Shown: positions 29,075-44,315 of the stretch, in pieces
Layout: every line of letters begins with the position of its first letter
Position numbering within the stretch: position 1 is the first letter of the stretch
Assembly (NCBI GenBank): GCA_964016885.1
Contig: CAXHJY010000691.1
Coordinates: 1 to 48,175 of the forward strand
DNA: 48,175 bases
Direction: 5' to 3'
From: Eledone cirrhosa
Taxonomy: Eukaryota
Position numbers and translations under genes: made by a program
Notes under the pieces: generated by a model
The model's database searches: none
Told to the model about the DNA's origin: nothing
What the model saw: the letters and a program-made list of their open reading frames with translations, nothing else

Positions 29075-30599
29075 TTCCTTCTGTTACACATCTGAGACTA
29101 ATCGAATGAGTTGAAATGATCTGTGACCGAAATTCTTTTTTTGTTTTCATGACATAGATCACCTAATTAAATAGATTCATACACAATGTCTTCGAATGAA
29201 TTACTGCCCAAACAATCACCCTAATTGAGCGTTTCTTTTAATAAAACAAACTTGAGTATTTGCGACACTGCAAGAGACAACATACAAAAACCTGGCAACT
29301 GTATTTTACAAGACTTATAGTTTATATGAAAGATCGTGTCATACCAGAGAAGCAGAACAGATTTGATAAGCCAAGAATCGATGTAAAGAATAGTTATTGG
29401 TAATCAGTTTGCTACTGAAGACTGAAAGTAAAGTAAAATATAATATAAATTAAAGTAAACGGATTACTGAAAAACATTTGATAGGGTTTCGAGTATTCGG
29501 ATATAAGAGAGAGGGGGAAGTCTATAAAAAAAAGCTCCCTTATTACATAATATAACAATTATCATCAACAAGAAATGAACACTTTTATACCACAAAATAC
29601 TGAAGATCTAACATGAAAAAGAAACATAAGAGTATTTTTCAGGGGGAATTTCATTCCTAATGTCACTGAACCAAACGACTCGTGGTTTCAAAGAATATAT
29701 ATAAAATATATGTAATCTTCTGTATATGGATGATTTGAAATTGGGGACAACAGCCAGCTAAGGAATTTGGATACTAGACTTAATTTGCCGTCCAGAGTAA
29801 CACCGGGTTAATATTGGCTGCCTTTAGTGAAATTCACTCTATTTCAAATGTTTGGAGCAGACTTGAAGATAACCCATGAATCGATAACACCATTAAAATT
29901 ATAGGTGAACTTTGCCTACTAAGTTCGATTTAGACACTGAATTCAGAGATATAAAACAGGAATATTCACTTACATAATATAAAATATGATTATAGAGGAT
30001 GTATGTATAGTATATTTGGTAATATACAGTATGTTTAATTAAAAACATTTAGAAGACCATTCGCTATCAGTTTTAAAGTAGTGACTATGTCACTTACTTA
30101 TATCTTCGGCAAAGGCTGGGAGAGTAGCTGACAGCTGTTTCTCGCTACTTGGCGTTTATCAAAGCCACGCATTCACCTGCCTTTGCCGAAAATTATAGAA
30201 GCTGGATTCTTATAGAATTCCAGTAATAATCAGGAGCTGATTATACAGAGCGATTGCCGGTCCAGCAAAAATTAAAAATTTGGATTGGTGCTCTGAAATA
30301 GCGATCTATACGAAAAAAAAAAAAAAAAAAAACATAATATGTATTTGTACATAAGATGTGAGTAAATATGTATGTTGGTACAGAAGGAATACCCACGTAA
30401 TATCAAACAATCTCCCCCCCCCCACACACACACACACGCACACACGCATGCGCGCACGCACGCGCGCGCGGTATACGTTTCACGTATTATTTTTAATCTA
30501 CCGTACAATTAGCGAATTCTGTGTCTTTTTTGCTAGATCTGGATGACGCGAAGGTGCCTATGACATTTGGAGTCCTTCTGTGACTGATGTAACTAAAGC

Positions 30600-31310
30600 T
30601 ATTGATGCTCAATATAAACTGTTGCTGGTCGCCAATATGCGTGATGAATAGAGAGGCGATTAAGTTTATCCAATTTGATTCGTCAAATTTCTGAGCACAA
30701 ATCCTGACATGTCAAATTTAACTTTTATCTCTCCAGTAAAGATATGAGGCCAACCAGTCCGATGAACAGCTGCTATTGTAGTAGCAGTAGAAATGTTGTC
30801 AGAGGCTGCTACAACATGCCTGTCAGCGACTTTATGCCTGTCAAACGAGTGGTCTTTTACTGGATGTGGTCTAAGGCAGACATGTCAAACATGCGGCTCG
30901 CGGGCCGCATGCGACCCTTTACAAGCACACCTGCGGCCCGCCCAAAGGTTTTTACAGCGCGAGCGTAATATAAAATAAAAAAATATTAGTTGTAATGTTG
31001 CGCAATTAGTTGTCATGTGTGGTCCTCAGACAACACATATGTCACCCATGTGGCCCTCGGAGGACCCTCAGTTTGACATGCCTGGTCTAAGGTGTTGTCA
31101 ATGTCGCAGCAGCACACCATTGTAGAGGGTCGGAATTTGTCGAGGTCTGAATTATTTTCTGGCTCTGGAGAAAAGGTTTTAGCCATGTTTAGGATGAACG
31201 TTCGCCATGAGAGATCCTGAGTAATAAGGAGGCCTAGCATTCAGAACGAGCACAATGGCCTTTCTAATTGCGTGCTGTTCAGGCTTAAGAGTAGTGTGAT
31301 ACATTGATGT
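30600..31310 (-). mobile_element. Old LINE RT C-terminal fragment interrupted by a hAT MITE
   Basis: MLGLLITQDLSWRTFILNMAK at ~31178-31240 matches the LG..I..DLSW..HI..IAK motif that follows the RT domain. Boundaries are approximate. Confidence 0.5.
30877..31084 (+). mobile_element. 208-bp non-autonomous hAT (Charlie/Buster-like) MITE
   Basis: TIRs CAGACATGTCAAAC / GTTTGACATGCCTG (13/14); perfect 8-bp TSD GTCTAAGG at 30869-76 and 31085-92 with central TA; subterminal ATGCGGCTCGCGGGCCGCAT near-palindrome. Confidence 0.93.
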
Positions 31311-31386
31311 TTTAATTCCATACAAACACCGACACATACATTGAATATAAATGTTGTGTTACAAATAGTACATTTATATAGAGTTG

Positions 31387-31496
31387 CAAATCCCGCCGAG
31401 GTTGACTTTGCCTTTCATCCTTACGGGGTCGATAAAATAAAGTACCAGTAATGAACTGGCTAATTGTTGGCCTTGTGCCTAAAGTAGAAACAATTA
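31387..31496 (+). mobile_element. 5'-truncated SINE, main family
   Basis: CAAATCCCGCCGAGGTTGACTTTGCCTTTCATCCTTACGGGGTCGATAAAATAAAGTACC...GTAGAAACAATTA. Confidence 0.88.
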
Positions 31497-31849
31497 TTTT
31501 CCTATAAATTGCCCACCGATCGAGTCATCTCTTTCCTGAACAATGCCGGGTACTACTGCTATTATATAAATATAAACAGCGTGCATATAATCTATATACT
31601 CACATGTACATATGCATTATAATTGATTTAAGATATATGTACATATGTTTGCATGCATACATAATAATCGTGCATACATATCAAGTAATTAATAAACTCC
31701 CTGCCTACACACAATACACACCCACCGTGTGTGTGTGTACTAGTATCTATTAATGTATACGTGAGTGTATCTGAGTATTTGTTTCTCTGTACAAGGAAGC
31801 TTTATAAGCAGTGAAAGTGATATCAGCATAAAGACCTTTTTTTCGGGCG

Positions 31850-32108
31850 TACAATAACAATAACAACAACTGCAGCAACAACTTCAGGCAGCAACAACAG
31901 TGACAACAACAGTAATAACTACAAACACAAGAAATACACAAACAAGAGCTGCAACAACAACAACAGTAACGGCAATAACATCAACGTTGACTAATTTGCT
32001 TTTTGCAGTCCCGATTGCAGCAACAACAACATCTGCACCTGCAAGTGCATTAGTAGTAGTGGTGGTGGTAATAGTAATAGTAGTAGTAGTACTAGTAGTA
32101 GTAGTAGC

Positions 32109-32147
<39 letters not shown>
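31850..32147. repeat. (CAA)n and (GTA)n trinucleotide repeats
   Basis: Read directly from the sequence. Confidence 0.9.
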
Positions 32148-32278
32148 TTTCCAAGTTATCTAAAATTAAATAATTAAATAAATATATGGCGTTCTGTTTC
32201 AAAGAGAGTGGTGGGGGACCGTGAGAACTTGTGAGGTAGTATATATATATTATAGTGTCTAGTAAGGCTTTGTGTTGA

Positions 32279-34753
<2,475 letters not shown>

Positions 34754-35280
34754 CGAGCTGATGTACCCAGCTTCGCTGGGGTAAACAGATAAGAGATGAC
34801 AGGTAGAAGAGAAAATGACTGTATTGGATGTTTGTCTGGTTTACTACAAAAAAAAAAAAACAGTAAAAACAAACCTTCCAGATACACCAGATTCTTCGTT
34901 TTACCGTTCGTACATAGTAGATGAAGATTTCTAGGTCTTTCCACTCATGAACAATCTACATATAACTGTCCATGGGTAAAAAGTGATTCTCTTGTATTCA
35001 ATTCTACAACGTTGAACCTCTGAGCCTGAGCTTTATTTATGGTCATAGCAAAACTGGCTCTAACAGGGAACTGAAATCTTGAGAATTTGAATGGCAGCTC
35101 GATAGAGGAATGGATAAGAGGTATCGTGGGAATAAATGCATTTTCTCTTTGATGATTACCTCCGAGAATAGTGACCTCTAGGAGATGGTTCATCATCCAC
35201 CTGACTGTAAAATGTGTGCCATTGTATAGAAGTGGCGTGTCCACGTTTCTCAAAAGGATGATGGAAGTTCCAATATTTTA
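34754..35280 (-). mobile_element. 3' end of an autonomous-type Helitron: PIF1-like helicase C-terminus and terminal hairpin
   Basis: IGTSIILLRNVD.PLLYNGT...FIP.IPL...LPFKFSRFQFPVRASFAMTINKAQAQ...[11 protein letters not shown]...[11 protein letters not shown]. Hairpin CCCAGC-GAA-GCTGGG (34766-80), then CTCG|T (CTAG expected). Confidence 0.9.
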
Positions 35281-35287
35281 TATTATA

Positions 35288-36459
35288 CTAGCAGTGTATC
35301 CCGGCGTTGCACTGGTAAGAACATTGGTAATAGCACCTCCAATGAGAAACGTTTATTTGTGAGTGCCTGTTAAAAACTCATGAAAATATACCGACAGGAA
35401 ACTTGTTTTATTTGGATAAAATTAAGAAGTTGAAAGTACAGTTTAGCTATCTACGTGCATTGTTCATATAAATATTGTAGAGCCCCTTCTTTTCATACTC
35501 ATCTGTTTTGGCCTATTGGAGTAAATGTGAAAGAGAAATTCACAGGTTAAGTTGGCAGAAGGTTCAAATGCAATAGCAGTAAGCCGTAGGCTACTTACCT
35601 CAAAAGTTCATTCGCACTCTTGTCACTAAGTTACTCTTTCTCTCTATCCCTCTCGGTGCAGTCCCTTGCGAATTTCTCGCGTAGGCCTGGTGTAGATTTG
35701 CACCCGATCCATCTGCCCGATGCACATGTCCGCTTTGTACGACTTTTGGAGGAAGGAGTGACCAGCAGTACGTTGTTCCGTATTATTACGAAAAGGTGTA
35801 GCAGAGAATCCCGCGTGAACTAACAGCTCGGGAAAAAACTGCTTACCTCGAAGATTCATTCGCCATCGTTCTTGTCAACGTTCCGTTTAGTTGGTATTTG
35901 TTGGTCTACAGTTAGATAAATTGTGCACAAAGGGTTAATGTTTATTGGCAAGAAGTGGCAACTGGGCTGGCTTGCCTCGCTTATATTATATATTAAAATA
36001 ACAGATTAAAGTTTAAGCAAAGAATCGCTGCTTTCACCCTTAACGGGATCTTCTGAAATTAAAAAAAATCAATCTGTGAATCCTAAAGTAAATATTTCGA
36101 AAAACGTTGCAGCCGAAGGAAAACAGGAAGACGATACTTTGGTTGTTCGTGAAGACGTTCCCTGGCAATGAACGGAAAGTAGCGAACATAATACGTGATC
36201 AATGTTTGTCATAATGTCGTAATGCAGACATACAGGCAGATATCATAAGGGCCGCGACAGAGATCGATAACCGGCGCCTAACACCCCTTTAACTACAGAA
36301 AATTGAAAAATAAAAGCTGCAGTTAATATCTTTAGACCGCAAGGCATATATAAATGCAAGTTTGAAGTCAATCGGAGTAGAAATGTGGATTTGTATAGAC
36401 TTTGTAAAAATGAGGACACACACACAGACAACTACAGTTTTATATATATGTATAGAAGA
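35288..36459 (-). mobile_element. Non-autonomous Helitron (~1.17 kb)
   Basis: Minus strand starts A|TCTTCTATACATATATATAAAACTG and ends with the imperfect hairpin CCAGTGCAACGCCGG, then GATACACTG-CTAG|T. This fits the TC...CTAG termini and A/T target of Helitrons. Confidence 0.7.
36144..36188 (+). ncRNA. Degenerate hammerhead-like motif
   Basis: TGTTCG-TGAAGA-CGTTC cctggcaat GAACG-GAAA-GTA-G-CGAACA. Stems I and II pair, but C3 and most of stem III are missing. Confidence 0.4.
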
Positions 36460-36569
36460 TATAGATAAGTATTGAAGTTTCCGTTGAAAATTGAAAAAGT
36501 CATAGGAGTGAAGAGTGCTCTATGTAAGTACCAGAGCAAAATTTAATGTATAATAAACAATACAATATA

Positions 36570-36645
36570 ATTACCTCATTACCAGAGGTTTCCCGAATAA
36601 GACGAATACGAAAAACGTCTTCATTCGTTCGTCGGACAAGGCAAT
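36570..36645 (-). ncRNA. Family H4 hammerhead, U4>C mutated core
   Basis: ATTGCCTTGT-CCGACGA-...-GAAACCTCTGGTA-ATGAGGTAAT. Confidence 0.55.
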
Positions 36646-39243
36646 TTAAAACAGTGAAATATTTGAAAAGTCTCCTCAAGAAATGCAAGAGTTTAACGGG
36701 CAAAAAAAATATAAATAAAAGTAATGCAAAGGATATATAAAAAAATAAGGAAATATAGTTAGGGTATGTGTATATGTATGTATATACACTCACAAATGTA
36801 CATATGTGTGTATGTACAAATGCATGTGTATGGTGAAAATGTGTGCGTAAGTACATATATGAGGGCAAGTATATTTGTGTATATGTGACCACAAATACGT
36901 ATATAATATGAGTTGAAAAAGAAATTGTAAGATAAAATAGTTAACACGCATCCAGATACAGGTATTAAATACACATACGAGTATGAAAGCTCGCGTATAA
37001 AGACACATACACGCACGGTCACTTATATGCGGAAGATAAAGAGGGAAGGGAGTGTAATAGTAAAAAGAAGTGTTATTCTCGATATATGTATAAAAATGAA
37101 ACAATATATGAGAATGAAAAAATTGTTTAAATCAAAGAGAAAGTAATCAATTAACACTAGAGAAAAGAAAACAAACATAGCTACGGACGTATATAAAAAT
37201 ATTTATACACACAAATACGTACAGACAAAAGCGCATGCATGCGTACATACATACACACGAGGCACGTATATATATATTGCCACATGTATATCTAATCACA
37301 CGTACGTACGCGACTATATATATACATATATACATACACACCCATACATACATACATATACATATACACACATATACATACACATACACTTACATTCGCC
37401 CGCATACGCACACACGTATAAATATGTAAAATACATAGATATAAAAAAACATAGATATAAAAACACACATACACACACATATATATACGTACGCACGCAC
37501 ACATACGGAGGCGTTCGTATACATATACAGAACGTATACACACATAAGCACACTCACACACATAGATACAGATTATAAACCAGCCATATGAATAAATGAG
37601 TACAAATATAAAATCGGCTGCGAAACAACAGAATATATCTGGAGTGGAAAACGCAAGTGACATGTAATATCAGGTAGTAAAAGAAAATGGGGAAGTAAAA
37701 TGTGGAATGTGAAGATATTAGGTAAATGAATCGAAAAGTAGGGGGGGGGGTTACTGGTGGATGTGAAGTAAAAATAAAAATAAAATTAAAAATAAAGTTA
37801 AAAATGAAAGTAAATCAGAAAGAGAAGTCTGTAAAGAGGATAATTTAAGGAAAGTGAAGAATAAGAGTTTATGGAGGATAAGTATCTGAAAGTGAGTTAA
37901 GTTTATATGAGCTGGAAAGCCTGCCTAAATACAAAATCAGAAATTTTCACCAGAAACCACACTTGCTTTCCAGTTCATATAAACTTAACTCACTTTCAGA
38001 TACTTATCCTCCATAAACTCTTATTCTTCACTTTCCTTAAATTATCCTCTTTACAGACTTCTCTTTCTGATTTACTTTCATTTTTAACTTTATTTTTAAT
38101 TTTATTTTTATTTTTACTTCACATCCACCAGTAACCCCGCCCCCTACTTTTCGATTCACTTACCTAATATCTTCACATTCCACATTTTATTTCCCCATTT
38201 TCTTTTACTACCTGAACCACATGTCACTTGCGTTTTCCACACCAGATATATTCTGTTGTTTCGCAGCCGATTTTATATTTGTACTCATTTATTCATATGG
38301 CTGGTTTATAATCTGTATATATGTGTGTGAGTGTGCTTATGTGTGTATACGTTCTGTATATGTATACGAACGCCTCCGTATGTGTGCGTGCGTACGTATA
38401 TATATGTGTGTGTATGTGTGTTTTTATATCTATGTTTTTTACATACTTATTTATACGTGTGTGTGTATGCGGGCGAATGTAAGTGTATGTGTATGTGTAT
38501 GTATATGTGTGTATATGTATATGTATGTATGGGTGTGTATGTATTTATGTATATATATAGTCGCGTACGTACGTGTGATTAGATATACATGTGGCGATAT
38601 ATATATACGTGCCTCGTGTGTATGTATGTACGCATGCATGCGCCTTTGTCTGTACGTATTTGTGTGTATAAATATTTATATATATATATATGTGTGTACG
38701 TGCGTACCTATGTTTGGTTTCTTTTCTCTAGTGTTAATTGATTACTTTCTCTTTGATTTAAAAATGTTTTTCATTCTCATATATTGTTTCATTTTTATAC
38801 ATATATCGAGAATGACACTTCTTTTTACTATTACACTCCCTTCCCTCTTTATCTTCCGCATATAAGTGACCGCGCGTGTATGTGTCTTTATACGCGAGCT
38901 TTCATACTCGTATGTGTATTTAATACCTGTATCTGGATGCGTGTTAACTATTTTATCTTACAATTTCTTTTTCAACTCATATTATATACGTATTTGTGGT
39001 CACATATACACAAATATACTTGCCCTCATATATGTACTTACGCACACATTTTCACCATACACATGCATTTGTACATACACACATATGTACATTTGTGAGT
39101 GTATATACATACATGTACACATACCCTATCTATATTTCCTTATTTTTTTATATATCCTATGCTTTACTTTTATTTATATTTTTTTTTTCCCGTTAAACTC
39201 TTGCATTTCTTGAGGAGACTTTTCAAATATTTCACTGTTTTAA

Positions 39244-39318
39244 ATTGCCTTGTCGACGAACGAATGAGGACGTTTTTCGTATTCGTCTTATTCGGGAAAC
39301 CTCTGGTAATGAGGTAAT
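39244..39318 (+). ncRNA. Family H4 hammerhead, 1-nt core deletion
   Basis: ATTGCCTTGT-CGACGA-...-GAAACCTCTGGTA-ATGAGGTAAT. Confidence 0.5.
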
Positions 39319-39382
39319 TATATTGTATTGTTTATTATACATTAAAAGATATAGATATAGATAATTGTATATAAATATATAT

Positions 39383-39388
39383 ATGTGT

Positions 39389-39470
<82 letters not shown>

Positions 39471-39486
39471 ACGTGCGTATGTATGT

Positions 39487-39538
<52 letters not shown>

Positions 39539-39590
39539 GCGTGTGTGTGTGCGTGTGCGTGCACGTGCGTATGTGTGCGTGTGTGTGAAC
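39383..39590. repeat. (GT)n microsatellite
   Basis: Read directly from the sequence. Confidence 0.95.
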
Positions 39591-39887
39591 CAGCGTCCGA
39601 ATCGTGTGTTTAATTCTCTGTGTATCTGATTAAGTATTTATGTGAAGATGTGTGTGTATATAACTTACTAAAGCGTAACGTACGTAACGAACGCACAAAC
39701 ACACTCATATACAAACTGTGACATCGTCGTTGTGTTATAAAAATATCCGCTTACTTGTCTGTAGTAGATTATTTTAGATAAAGTGTTACATTGTTTTAAT
39801 CCAAATGAAAATAAAATTATGTTGATGCTCCTTGATTTGATTTGCTCGAGCCTTTTTTTGGAATGCATAAGGAAAAAAACAGACAGA

Positions 39888-39956
39888 CATGTATGTATGT
39901 ATGTATGTATGTATGTATGTATGTATGTATGTATGTATGTATGTATGTATGTATGT

Positions 39957-39990
<34 letters not shown>
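39888..39990. repeat. (ATGT)n plus (GT)n microsatellite
   Basis: Read directly from the sequence. Confidence 0.95.
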
Positions 39991-39992
<2 letters not shown>

Positions 39993-42160
39993 TGCCAACA
40001 CTATCTGAGCAATGCTGATGGAATATTTTCCACATCATGCAGATAATGTAGCGCTCACGGCGACGTTGGAGAGAATAAAGTTTGAGTTTTTCTAGTCGAA
40101 TCCAATAGTCAAGGCCTGACATGCGATCTATCTTTTTCGTGATTGACCTTTGAGGAACTTCATTTTTCATGATACTTCGTTTCGTATGGGGAGACCACAG
40201 TGGAGAACAGTATTCAAGGTGGGGTCGGGCAAAAGCGGGGAAGGATAATAATGTGGATATCCCTCGACTGGAAGGTTCTGAGAATCAAGGAACACATTCT
40301 GTGAGCCATGTCAACTTTGCTGTTTATATGAATGGCTCAGCTTATGTTGTTGTCCACAATTACTCCCAATTCTCTGATGTTGTTGGCTACCACTAGAATT
40401 TCACCTGAAGGAAGGGAGTATGGGAGTTTCAGGGCATCCTCTTTTCCAAAGGGGATTAACACAAATTTATTCTCGTTCAGCAGCATATTGTTCTTTTCCG
40501 CCCATTGGATAAAAGCCAGTAGATCTGATTAGAGGCATATCCGGTCACCCACGCCATTGATGACTTTCTGGAGCTTGGAATCATCTGCGAAGATTGTTAT
40601 GCTGCTCTGCTTGATGATGTCAGTAATGTCATTAATTTAGATAATGAAAAGAAGTGGGCCCAACACAGTGCCTTGTGGGACACCGCCACAGACTTTGGCT
40701 GAGCTGGATTTTTCTCCTTCGACTACAACATGTTGGGCTCTGTTTGACAGGAAACACTTGATTCACTGCAGCGACTTTCCAGTGACACTAATGTTGGATA
40801 GTTTTCTCAGTAGAATGTTATGATAACCCTGTCAAAGGTCTTACTGAAATCAAGGTAGATGACATTAGTGTTGGAGCCCTCTCCATCAAAGTGATGCAGT
40901 AACTGCGTTAGACAATCCATTCCATTACGGAACCCATGTTGGTTGGAGTTCAGCAGATTGTTGCTTTCAAGAAAGTGAATTATTCGTGATCTCACCACCC
41001 TCTCAAATACCTTAATGATATGAGAGGTGAGTGAGATCAGACGGTAATTCACGGCAAGAAATTTGTTTCCCTTTTTGAAAACTGGGACAACAGACTGGGA
41101 TAGTAAGTTTTCTGGTATATATCCAGCATCCAGTGAGTTTCTCCACAGATTAGCAAGCAGGGAACCTATCGGGGCCTGCTGCTGAATTGTGTTTAGTTTC
41201 TTGTATTGCCGCTAAGACATCAGGGGCGTCAAACATTATGTCCGATATGGTGTGTTGGGGATTAACATCACTGATACAGCTCAGATCAGCCATATCAGAA
41301 TTGGTGAAAACTGAGCAGTATTGTTTCTGCAGTTTCACCCATTATCTTGGAGAGTGCCATTTTCATCAATTAGAGGGCCAACAGTGGAGTCAGTGACTTC
41401 GTGTTTTTTTTCGCAAATGAAAAGAACACTTTGGGATTGTGTTTGATTTTCTCAATGACCCTGGCCTCTTCAGCTGCTCTTTGATTGTTGATGATGGACA
41501 TCATGCTGTTTTGGAAGTTGTATTTTTTAGATTCCAGTCAAATGGGTGTGTTGCTGCTGGCAGTATTTCAGTTTGTTGACTTTTTGCTAATTCTTTTAAT
41601 TTTTCTGATAAGTGTTCTTCTATTTCTAGAGATTCTACACTTAGATTTGTTTACAGATCTTAATGGGGTATTTTTTGCACATATATTTGCTACATTGTCT
41701 ACAAATGTCTGCCAGGATTTTTTTTATGTTAGTGGGTGTGTGTGAGTGTACGTGAAAGACCAATCGACATGTGCAAGATCATGATTGATCGCTTCCCAGT
41801 TTGCATTATGAAGATCCATGGTGTCAAACGGATGAACTGGAGAGATGTCATTGGGTTTGCTTTTTGGACGGTGGAATCTCAGATCTCAGAGAACCATGTG
41901 ATGGTCTGAGAGTAGAGTGTTTTCCACTGCAATATTGTGGATAGTGTTAGTGTGGTTACTGAACATTAGGTCCAAGATGTGGCACCTTGTTGGTTTGAGC
42001 ACAAGTTGGGACAGGGAAAGCTCATCCATGAAGTCAAGAAGCGATTCTACTGCCTCCTTGCCAGGGGTTGAGGTGGAAAAACCTGGTATCAAGCTGTTTG
42101 TGGACCAGTAAACACCGGAGAGGTTGAAGTCCTCCAATATTAAGATGTTGTCAGGGTGAC
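39991..42160 (-). mobile_element. Degraded CR1/L2-group LINE ORF2 (APE C-half, linker, RT); truncated at both ends
   Basis: [11 protein letters not shown]...PTR.HILDLMFSN...LSDH; NYRLISLTSHIIKVFERVV...NQHGFR; YLDFSKTFDRV; FADD; KLYSLQRRRERY. Many stops and frameshifts; paralogous to 44316-47320. Confidence 0.92.
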
Positions 42161-42375
42161 ACATACATATATATATACATATATATAAAACATATATATA
42201 CACACATATATATATGAAACATATATATATATATATACATATACACACATATATACATATATATATATATATACATACATATATATATATATATACATAC
42301 ATACATATATATATAAATACATACATATATATATACATACATATATATATACATACATATATATATACATACATA

Positions 42376-42411
<36 letters not shown>

Positions 42412-42513
42412 CATATATATATATATACATACATCTATATATATACATACATACATATATATATATACATATATACATATATATATACATACATATATAT
42501 ATATATACATACG

Positions 42514-42927
42514 ATGCGCTGAATGAGTGTGTTTTTTTAGTCCAGCCAACGACTTGAAAACTCTGGTACAAACACTACACTTGTGACAGTTATTGACACA
42601 TAGTGCTGGGCCCATGGTACCATGTGACGACAAGTGCAGAGAGATCTCCAGATATAAAGCAATGCCTGTGCTGTGTTTTCCTTCTCCGAGAATTCTGCCT
42701 TGAAAAAAGCAAAGGGGGTCATCTCTCCCGGTGATTTTGGATGGCCATTGACATTTAAGACCTCCTTTGCCCTTTGACAGGTTTTGTTTTTAGTCCTGCA
42801 AGATGTCCAAAGTCACCCTCCTCACCAAGAAACCTTGGTGGGGTTGCCAGTTTAGTCGCCAACGACCCGACCATGAGACAGGTTGTACTGGGATACATGT
42901 TACCAGTAGCACCAACTGGTGACCTAA
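42514..42927 (-). mobile_element. Short non-autonomous RTE-like derivative, copy A (5'UTR-like head joined to C2H2-knuckle end)
   Basis: Minus strand GCGACTAAACTGGCAACCCC...AAAACAAAACCTGTCAAAGGGC (RTE 5'UTR-like, recalled), then [18 protein letters not shown]. 42514-42731 is homologous to 43168-43514. Confidence 0.5.
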
Positions 42928-43034
42928 CATACATATATATATATATACATACATATATATATATAGACATACATACATATATATATACATACATACATAT
43001 ATATATATATACATACATACATATATATAGATAC

Positions 43035-43065
<31 letters not shown>

Positions 43066-43100
43066 CATATATATACCTACATATACATACATACATATAT

Positions 43101-43514
43101 ATGGTGGCTGCTAACTCGTTTTCGAGTACGGCCACTACTTTATATCCATGTAGGAGAACCCCTACAAATGCGCTGAACGAGTGTGACTTTTTAGTCCAAC
43201 CAGCGACTTGAAAACTCTGGTACAAACACTACACTTACTGACAATTACTGACACATAGTGCTGGGCCCATGGTACCATGTGACGACAAGTGCAGAGGGAT
43301 CTCCAGATACAAAGCAATGCCTGTGCCGTGAAGCTTTTATAGTGAGCAAAGGCACTGCACAAAGCCAGTCCCACTCTCTTAACCAAGATGATATTTACCA
43401 AAAAGAAGAACAAGTCAACATCATTGGATACCATCAGGGTTGCAGGTGTTATATCAGAGTTTTCCTTCTCCTGGAATTCTGCCTTGACAAAGACTAAGGG
43501 GTCATCTCTCCCGG
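43101..43514 (-). mobile_element. Short non-autonomous RTE-like derivative, copy B (with 3' tail)
   Basis: [24 protein letters not shown], then a short 3'UTR with hairpin ACTCG-AAAA-CGAGT running into a microsatellite tail. Confidence 0.5.

Positions 43515-44315
<801 letters not shown>

Larger units (their letters stand above)
36542..39346. mobile_element. Penelope-like insertion with inverted-repeat structure: arms 36542-37920 (-) and 37965-39346 (+), 44-bp spacer
   Basis: Arms are reverse complements with scattered substitutions and indels. The spacer encodes CLNTKSEIFT, matching the endonuclease remnant at 9066-9387. Each outer end carries an H4 hammerhead. Confidence 0.88.

Noticed and set aside
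29415-29435. Hammerhead candidate CTGAAGA-CT-GAAA
   Set aside because: No stem II, and stems I and III do not pair.
34945-35253. Host PIF1 helicase gene
   Set aside because: Intronless fragment with a stop, followed by a Helitron hairpin terminus; transposon-derived.
38221-38865. 214-aa ORF and its mirror at 37292-37663
   Set aside because: Low-complexity PLE UTR sequence; the duplication is explained by the inverted repeat.
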